DNA of 64,000 nucleotides, taken from NCBI GenBank assembly GCA_963663805.2, contig CAXXMR010000012.1, positions 416,001 to 480,000 of the forward strand, given 5' to 3'. Shown in pieces: positions 58,366 to 64,000 of this stretch. Under the pieces are notes generated by a model. The model worked only from the letters and a program-made list of their open reading frames with translations, ran no database searches and was not told where the DNA came from. This DNA comes from Sedimentisphaerales bacterium. Lineage in GTDB: Bacteria; Planctomycetota; Phycisphaerae; Sedimentisphaerales; SM23-30. Positions within the stretch are counted from its first letter, which is position 1; each line of letters starts with the position of its first letter. The position numbers and the translations under genes are program-made.

Positions 58366-60354
58366 TTACTCCGTGAGAGGCTCTTCGATTTCTTCGGTCT
58401 GGTCGGCGTCCATATCGGGGTATTCCTCGTCAGATATTTCTTCCTCGTCGAACCTGACGATTACCGAATCTTCCTGATTCAGTTTTTCTAAATCGGATTT
58501 AGGCGATTTGACCTTTTTGGTTTTCTTGCTGCGAGCGTCGTCCAGAACCAGTTCCAGATTCGCCAACAACTTCTCAACCTGCGAGTCTTTAAGATTCAAT
58601 ATGTCCTTGAGGGCTTCACCAATGGGCGGCAGATATTTTTCTATATAGCTGCGTTTCATGGCTTCTTCTCTTTCGCGTTTTCTGCCGCGCAGATAACGAC
58701 CCAGCCGACGTCCGCAAACTGAAAGTGCCAGCTTGATTTCTTTGATAATTTCCGGATAATGGGCGACCGCTTCTTTACTCTCACTGGTAAAGGGCACCCA
58801 TACCGAAGCGATATGCACAATAACCGTTACTGGTCCGGCCGGCAGCGCCCCGCGACTCTGGGACAGACCATATTGCCGCCAATTAGTTTGCATTATTGAT
58901 TTGGAAACCGCACAAGCTCCCTGCTGATATAACAGCGGCACGCGATTGGCAAAACGAAGGACACGCATAAGCTCATTGGTATCGTCGTCGTCGTCTTTTT
59001 TCTTGCTGTCGCCGGTGGGGTCGTAACCATGTCCGCCGTAAGACAACGCTACTTCAACCTGAAATGGATTTCCGCGATAAACGCTCGGCGGTCGGGTGCA
59101 AACTGTGTAAAAGTCGGCTTCAACCACACCGGCCAGCCCCTTAAGAAGCTCTTCCTCGCCAATGGGCACCACACAATTTGTGCTCGGTGCCATTATTTTC
59201 GTCTGGTTAATAGCATTATGCAGCTTCTCAGCCTCACTATGGCTGAGAGTATGCGGATTCTTCCGGGAAGATATTTTCGCCTTATCGAGTATCTGCTGAC
59301 TGATGCGCGGACTGACTCGCGAGAATTCATCGCACAGGAAAGAAGCCATTGTTTTGGCCTCGGTGTCCCTGGCCATCTTAATCAAAATGCCCAGCTCCAC
59401 TCCATAAGGGTGCGGCTTGACGGCTTGGGGCACCTCCACGACATCATGCACCGAACGTTCAAATATTCTGACTTCGCCGTCCGGTTTGATAAAACGTATC
59501 TGGGTGTGAGGGTTTGTTATCGCCGTCTGGGACAAATATTCATCGACGCTCTGACGACCGCGCTGGTAGCGGGCTTCCATCTCGATTTCTACTCGCGTCC
59601 CGCTTTTCACATCCCAGTCGTCGATGACATGGTCCTGAATGATTTCGGGGCGATTCTTTTTAGTATCGATTTGCAGTTCGTAATGATGAGCCTGGGACCG
59701 CGGCCCGGTACGACTGTTGATCTTGACACTCTTGCCGGTGGTGAGCAGGCCATACATACCAGCAGCGGAAATACCGATACCCTGCTGGCCCCGCGCCATG
59801 CGCAAAGAATGAAATTTACTGCCGTAAAGCAAACGGCCAAAAATATTCGGTATCTGATTCTTGACAATACCAGGGCCGTTATCCTGAACCCATACGACAA
59901 AACGCTCATCGGCTGTCTGGCGGATACCAACTTCGATGTCGGGCAGAATGTTAGCTTCCTCACAAGCATCGAGCGAATTATCCACTGCTTCTTTGACAGT
60001 GGTCAGCAGGGCCTTGCTGGGATTATCGAAACCCAGCAGGTGGCGGTTCTTAGCGAAAAACTCACTAACGCTGATTTCACGCTGATTGCCTGCCATCGCC
60101 TGGGCCTTGGCCTCAATCTGCTCATCCCTTATATGCGCCACGGTTTTTCTTTTATGAGGGGCAGATTTTTCCTCCGGGCCGGATATATCCACAGTCTTTT
60201 TTTTGACCTTTTTAGGTTTATCCACAGCCTCGGTTTTTGCCGCTGATTTCTTGCTCGTTTTGCGAGCTTTAGTACTGGTCGATTGCTCCTGAGCATTATC
60301 CTCAAAAGCAAAACCAAGTTGCCCCTGACCGCTCAAACTTTTCTTCTTTGCCAT
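58366..60354 (-). CDS. top6B: DNA topoisomerase VI subunit B
   Basis: ISVSEFFAKNRHLLGF, KEAVDNSLDACEE, DNGPG, LLYGSKF, RGQQGIGISAA, RFANRVPLLYQ, VPFTSESKE. Confidence 0.95.
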   Translation of the reverse strand: MAKKKSLSGQGQLGFAFEDNAQEQSTSTKARKTSKKSAAKTEAVDKPKKVKKKTVDISGPEEKSAPHKRKTVAHIRDEQIEAKAQAMAGNQREISVSEFFAKNRHLLGFDNPSKALLTTVKEAVDNSLDACEEANILPDIEVGIRQTADERFVVWVQDNGPGIVKNQIPNIFGRLLYGSKFHSLRMARGQQGIGISAAGMYGLLTTGKSVKINSRTGPRSQAHHYELQIDTKKNRPEIIQDHVIDDWDVKSGTRVEIEMEARYQRGRQSVDEYLSQTAITNPHTQIRFIKPDGEVRIFERSVHDVVEVPQAVKPHPYGVELGILIKMARDTEAKTMASFLCDEFSRVSPRISQQILDKAKISSRKNPHTLSHSEAEKLHNAINQTKIMAPSTNCVVPIGEEELLKGLAGVVEADFYTVCTRPPSVYRGNPFQVEVALSYGGHGYDPTGDSKKKDDDDDTNELMRVLRFANRVPLLYQQGACAVSKSIMQTNWRQYGLSQSRGALPAGPVTVIVHIASVWVPFTSESKEAVAHYPEIIKEIKLALSVCGRRLGRYLRGRKREREEAMKRSYIEKYLPPIGEALKDILNLKDSQVEKLLANLELVLDDARSKKTKKVKSPKSDLEKLNQEDSVIVRFDEEEISDEEYPDMDADQTEEIEEPLTE

Positions 60355-60505
60355 CCTAGCTTGTAACTCCTGTCACTACAATCATTAATGCTCAGGTCTC
60401 ATAGTGTATCGAGCCGGAGGCATTCTCTCAAGCAAAAAAACTCGTGTTTAACCTTGCTCACGGGGTTGCTTGCGGCTAAGTTCGCCGACCAGTAAGGAAA
60501 TTTAG

Positions 60506-61747
60506 ATGTCCATGCCCTCGAAAAAACGCCTTCGGGCCGCCTACCGACGCAGCCCGGCGGCTATTTACCTGGCTTCCATGCTGGGAGCCGGGGGCGTGCT
60601 GGTCAGCGGGGTGGCCCTGCCCTACATAGTCAAAAGACTGGGCGGAAATGATGCCCAGATCGGCTTGGCGGTCAGTATTGTTATGTTGGCGTATGTGCCC
60701 GGGTGTCTGATCGTCGCGCCGCACCTGGACCGCTTTAATGCCAAGTCCGTCGCACTTTTAGGTTTAAGTTTCGTTACTATCAGCCAGGGGTTACTTTGTC
60801 TTTTTATATCGCCGGCGGTATACCAACATTTTCCGATTCATCCTGCCTGGCTGGTCAGTATCCCTCTGGCTTTGCAGGGCCTTTCGCTTGCCGGGGTCTG
60901 GCCCGTTATTGTCGGCTGGCTCAGTTATAACTCCGAAGGACGCAAGCTCAACCGGCGTTTGGGAGTGTTCAACGTAGCCTGGTGTCTGGGTAATATCATC
61001 GGCGCCGCTCTGGGTGGTTACTTTGTGGAAATTAACTCCTGCGTCCCTCTGCTTACGAGCCTGGCAATGATGATAGTTTCGGTTCTCTGCATCGCTTGCG
61101 CCCAAAGGCCGGAAAAGCCCAATCATCATCCCGACCACATCTATCCATCTGTGCTTACAGCCGAGCCTCACCCAATGCTGGGACATTTTCGCTGGGCAGC
61201 GCGTATCGCACTGGGAATTACCTTTATCGGTGTCGGGCTGACACGTTCTCAGTTTGCATTACTGTTGAAATTTGATTTGGGGTATCAGGAAAGTAATTTC
61301 GGTATCGCCATGACCTTGTTCAGTACGGTTTGCCTGATAATTTTCTTTATCGGCGGACGCACTATCGCCTGGCATTATCGTCCGGGTCTGTTTTTTGCCA
61401 GTCAGGTTTGTCAGTTAATCGGCCTGGTCATGCTTATCAGCTGCACAAATATTTATTTGATTTATCTGGCGATTATGCTGGTAGCTGCGAACCAGGGGTT
61501 CATTTATATTTCGCATATGTATTATGGCATCTCCGGCGGCACCCGTCGGGCGGCACTTATGGCTATTCACGAAATACTTCTGGCCGGTGGATTCGCGTTG
61601 GGCTCACTGGGCGGCGGTTATCTCAGCCAACTTTACCATAATCGCTATCTGCCCTTTCAGGTCAGTATCGTTCTGGTCATGCTGGCCGGTATCGCACAAA
61701 TAATTATCTGGAAGAAAATGAATCAGACCGCCTGTCCCGCCGCATAA
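60506..61747 (+). CDS. MFS transporter
   Basis: About 12 hydrophobic segments; motif-A-like PHLDRFNAK. Confidence 0.85.
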   Translation: MSMPSKKRLRAAYRRSPAAIYLASMLGAGGVLVSGVALPYIVKRLGGNDAQIGLAVSIVMLAYVPGCLIVAPHLDRFNAKSVALLGLSFVTISQGLLCLFISPAVYQHFPIHPAWLVSIPLALQGLSLAGVWPVIVGWLSYNSEGRKLNRRLGVFNVAWCLGNIIGAALGGYFVEINSCVPLLTSLAMMIVSVLCIACAQRPEKPNHHPDHIYPSVLTAEPHPMLGHFRWAARIALGITFIGVGLTRSQFALLLKFDLGYQESNFGIAMTLFSTVCLIIFFIGGRTIAWHYRPGLFFASQVCQLIGLVMLISCTNIYLIYLAIMLVAANQGFIYISHMYYGISGGTRRAALMAIHEILLAGGFALGSLGGGYLSQLYHNRYLPFQVSIVLVMLAGIAQIIIWKKMNQTACPAA

Positions 61748-62895
61748 CCGCTGGACCAGGCCCATTGCAGATTATAACCCCCTAGCTGACCCGTAACATC
61801 AACCACTTCGCCAATAAAAAATAATCCCGGAACTTTTTTAGCTTCCATGGTCTTGGAAGATAATTCCGCGGTGCTTACCCCCCCTACCGTAACCTCGGCT
61901 TTGTCATAGCCCGCCTTGCCAGCTGGCACAAAACACCATTGGTTGATACTTTCAGCGGCTTCCTGAAGTTCACCTGTAGAACATTCCGCCAACGGTTTAT
62001 CACTAAAATATCGCTCGGACCAGATTTTCAACATTCGCGAGGGCAGCTTGCCGGTCAGAATGTTTTTAATTGAAGATGAGCCCTTGCCTGCTTTTTGCTC
62101 CCACAAAAAATTAAGTACATCCAGACCCGGCAGCCAGTCTATCAGGATTTCACCTTTGCCTTGCCAGTAGTTTGATATTTGCAGAATCGCCGGACCGCTT
62201 AAACCATTGTGGGTAAAAAGAATGTTTTCCCGAAACCATTGTTTGTCGAACTCTACCGCCCCCTCAAACGCGTTGCCGCTAAGTTCACTCAGAGAGGATT
62301 TATCGACCCGGCTGTACAAAAGAGGCACCAGACCCGGTCGGCATTTTGTCACCTTCAGACCAAACCGCCCCGCCAGCTTATATCCAAAATCACTAGCACC
62401 AGACTGCGGATAACTCAGCCCACCTGTCGCAATAACCAGCGAATCAGCATTAAGCGTCCCCCATTTTCCAGCTAATTCAAAACCTGTATCTGTGCTGACA
62501 CTATCTATGTTACGGTCCAGCTCAAACCTTACCCCAACAGCCCGACATTGTTCCCGCAGGGCATCGCGCAGCCGGGCTGCCGAGTGCTTGCAGAATAAAC
62601 GACCATGCTCACGCTCCTCGTAAGTAATACCCAACTCTTCCACAAAAGCCAGGAAATCGTGATGGTCAAAACCTGCCAGAGCGGACTTGCAAAAATGTGG
62701 ATTTTCCGAAATAAAATTCTCCGCCCCGCATTGACGATTGGTAAAATTGCATTTACCGCCCCCGGCAAGCAGAATCTTCGTGCCCAGCCGCCGACTATGT
62801 TCCAGCACCAACACCTGCCGACCGCGTCGCCCGGCCCAAAGAGCACAGAACAAACCTGCCGCCCCCCCACCAATAATTGCCACGTCTATCCGCAC
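61723..62895 (-). CDS. HI0933/YhiN (BaiN-like) flavoprotein oxidoreductase
   Basis: IIGGGAAG, GGGKCNFTN, ATGGLSYP, LFTHNGLSGP, GEVVDVTGQLGGYNLQWAWSSG. Confidence 0.93.
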   Translation of the reverse strand: MRIDVAIIGGGAAGLFCALWAGRRGRQVLVLEHSRRLGTKILLAGGGKCNFTNRQCGAENFISENPHFCKSALAGFDHHDFLAFVEELGITYEEREHGRLFCKHSAARLRDALREQCRAVGVRFELDRNIDSVSTDTGFELAGKWGTLNADSLVIATGGLSYPQSGASDFGYKLAGRFGLKVTKCRPGLVPLLYSRVDKSSLSELSGNAFEGAVEFDKQWFRENILFTHNGLSGPAILQISNYWQGKGEILIDWLPGLDVLNFLWEQKAGKGSSSIKNILTGKLPSRMLKIWSERYFSDKPLAECSTGELQEAAESINQWCFVPAGKAGYDKAEVTVGGVSTAELSSKTMEAKKVPGLFFIGEVVDVTGQLGGYNLQWAWSSGYAAGQAV

Positions 62896-62993
62896 TTGCC
62901 CTGCCTGTATAACTCACAAAATTATGGGCCGGCGACATTAAACATGCTCACCGACCCAAATAGTCTATATGAAATTTTTGTTTTCAAACAAAA

Positions 62994-64000
62994 CTAACTG
63001 AGATTCATCGTCATCAGGAACTCAGCGTTGGTCTTGACCTTCTGCAAACGGTTCTTGAGCAGCTCCAGACTTTCGACTGGGTTCATATCACTCAGCACGC
63101 GCCGCAGACGATAAACCAGCTCCAGCTCTTTCGGGTCGAGCAGCAATTCTTCGCGACGCGTTCCGCTGCGGCTGATGTCGATGGCAGGCCAGGTACGACG
63201 CTCAACCAGACGACGGTCCAGATGCAGCTCCATATTACCTGTGCCTTTGAACTCTTCGAAAATAACTTCGTCCATTTTCGAACCGGTTTCGATTAGCGCC
63301 GTAGCTAGAATCGTCAGCGACCCGCCATTCTCGATATTACGGGCGGCACCAAAAAATTTCTTGGGCTTCTGCAACGCGTTAGCATCAACACCACCGGTCA
63401 GAATCTTGCCGGAGTGCGGCACTTCGGTATTATAGGCACGGGCCAGACGGGTAATCGAATCCAGCAGAATAACCACGTCCACGCCGTACTCCACCATCCG
63501 CTTGGCCTTTTCGATAACCATCTCGGCTACCTGTACGTGACGACTGGCCGGTTCATCAAAGGTGGAGCTGACAACTTCCACATCCTCGGCAGTGGCCCGG
63601 GCCATCTCGGTTACTTCCTCAGGACGCTCGTCAATCAGCAGAATGATCATCTTCACATGAGGATGATTGGTGCTGATGGCATTAGCAATTTTTTGCAGCA
63701 GAATCGTCTTACCGGTACGCGGCGGAGCGACAATCAAACCACGCTGGCCTTTACCAACCGGAGTGGCGATGTCAACAATACGCATACTGATTTCTTCGGG
63801 GACAGTCTCCAGGAAAAACCGCTCATCCGGATGCAGCGGCGTGAGGTCTTCAAAGACAACCTTCTCGGTCAGAGATTCGGGGTCTTCAAAATTCACCGCC
63901 TCGACCCGCAGCAGAGCGAAATATTTTTCCGATTCCTTGGGCGGGCGAATCTGGCCGGCAACTATATTGCCGTTACGCAGCCCAAACCGACGAACCTGGG
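62994..64000 (-). CDS. rho: Transcription termination factor Rho (5' part lies beyond the window)
   Basis: [47 protein letters not shown]; frame open to the window edge ([23 protein letters not shown]). Confidence 0.98.
   Translation of the reverse strand, partial: QVRRFGLRNGNIVAGQIRPPKESEKYFALLRVEAVNFEDPESLTEKVVFEDLTPLHPDERFFLETVPEEISMRIVDIATPVGKGQRGLIVAPPRTGKTILLQKIANAISTNHPHVKMIILLIDERPEEVTEMARATAEDVEVVSSTFDEPASRHVQVAEMVIEKAKRMVEYGVDVVILLDSITRLARAYNTEVPHSGKILTGGVDANALQKPKKFFGAARNIENGGSLTILATALIETGSKMDEVIFEEFKGTGNMELHLDRRLVERRTWPAIDISRSGTRREELLLDPKELELVYRLRRVLSDMNPVESLELLKNRLQKVKTNAEFLMTMNLS

Noticed and set aside
59029..60246. 405-aa ORF antisense to top6B (and similar antisense ORFs over mfd, lnt, accD, hsdM, hsdR)
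   Set aside because: Antisense shadows of well-supported genes with no independent motifs

Overview
This window looks like bacterial chromosome from a Planctomycetota/Phycisphaerae-like organism. That placement is inferred from the PEP-CTERM/HAF proteins, top6B and gene order. Host genes (histidine-phosphatase-like ORF, accD, tRNA-His) are followed by a visibly AT-rich integrative element (~1.8-28.1 kb) inserted at tRNA-His. The element carries a tyrosine integrase with a convergent Xis/AlpA-like gene, a type I R-M operon with two extra genes between hsdS and hsdR, a pRiA4b-ORF3 gene, dinB, a winged-helix protein, a DUF3102-fused DNA methyltransferase and small phage/plasmid-type ORFs. Its right end appears deleted at an IS701. 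Three IS elements then fragment a beta-helix surface-protein locus (28.1-37.3 kb), after which ordinary GC-richer housekeeping genes resume (class IV aminotransferase, lnt, PPIase, mfd, FHA-GspE, acetyl esterase, LolC/E, glycosyltransferases, DUF2961, pgpA, top6B, MFS, HI0933 flavoprotein, rho). The most striking signal is the ORF-free 23.64-24.74 kb stretch of the element. Two sigma70-like promoters and a terminator frame a hairpin-tiled RNA holding two type I-E-like CRISPR repeats directly fused to three type I-C-like repeats, with a fourth I-C-like unit upstream. The I-C-like stems differ in sequence but keep their pairing, and there are no cas genes in the window. It is a candidate multi-type CRISPR-mimic (RNA anti-CRISPR or hijacking mini-array) cassette. 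All family calls come from motif recognition by eye, with no database searches.
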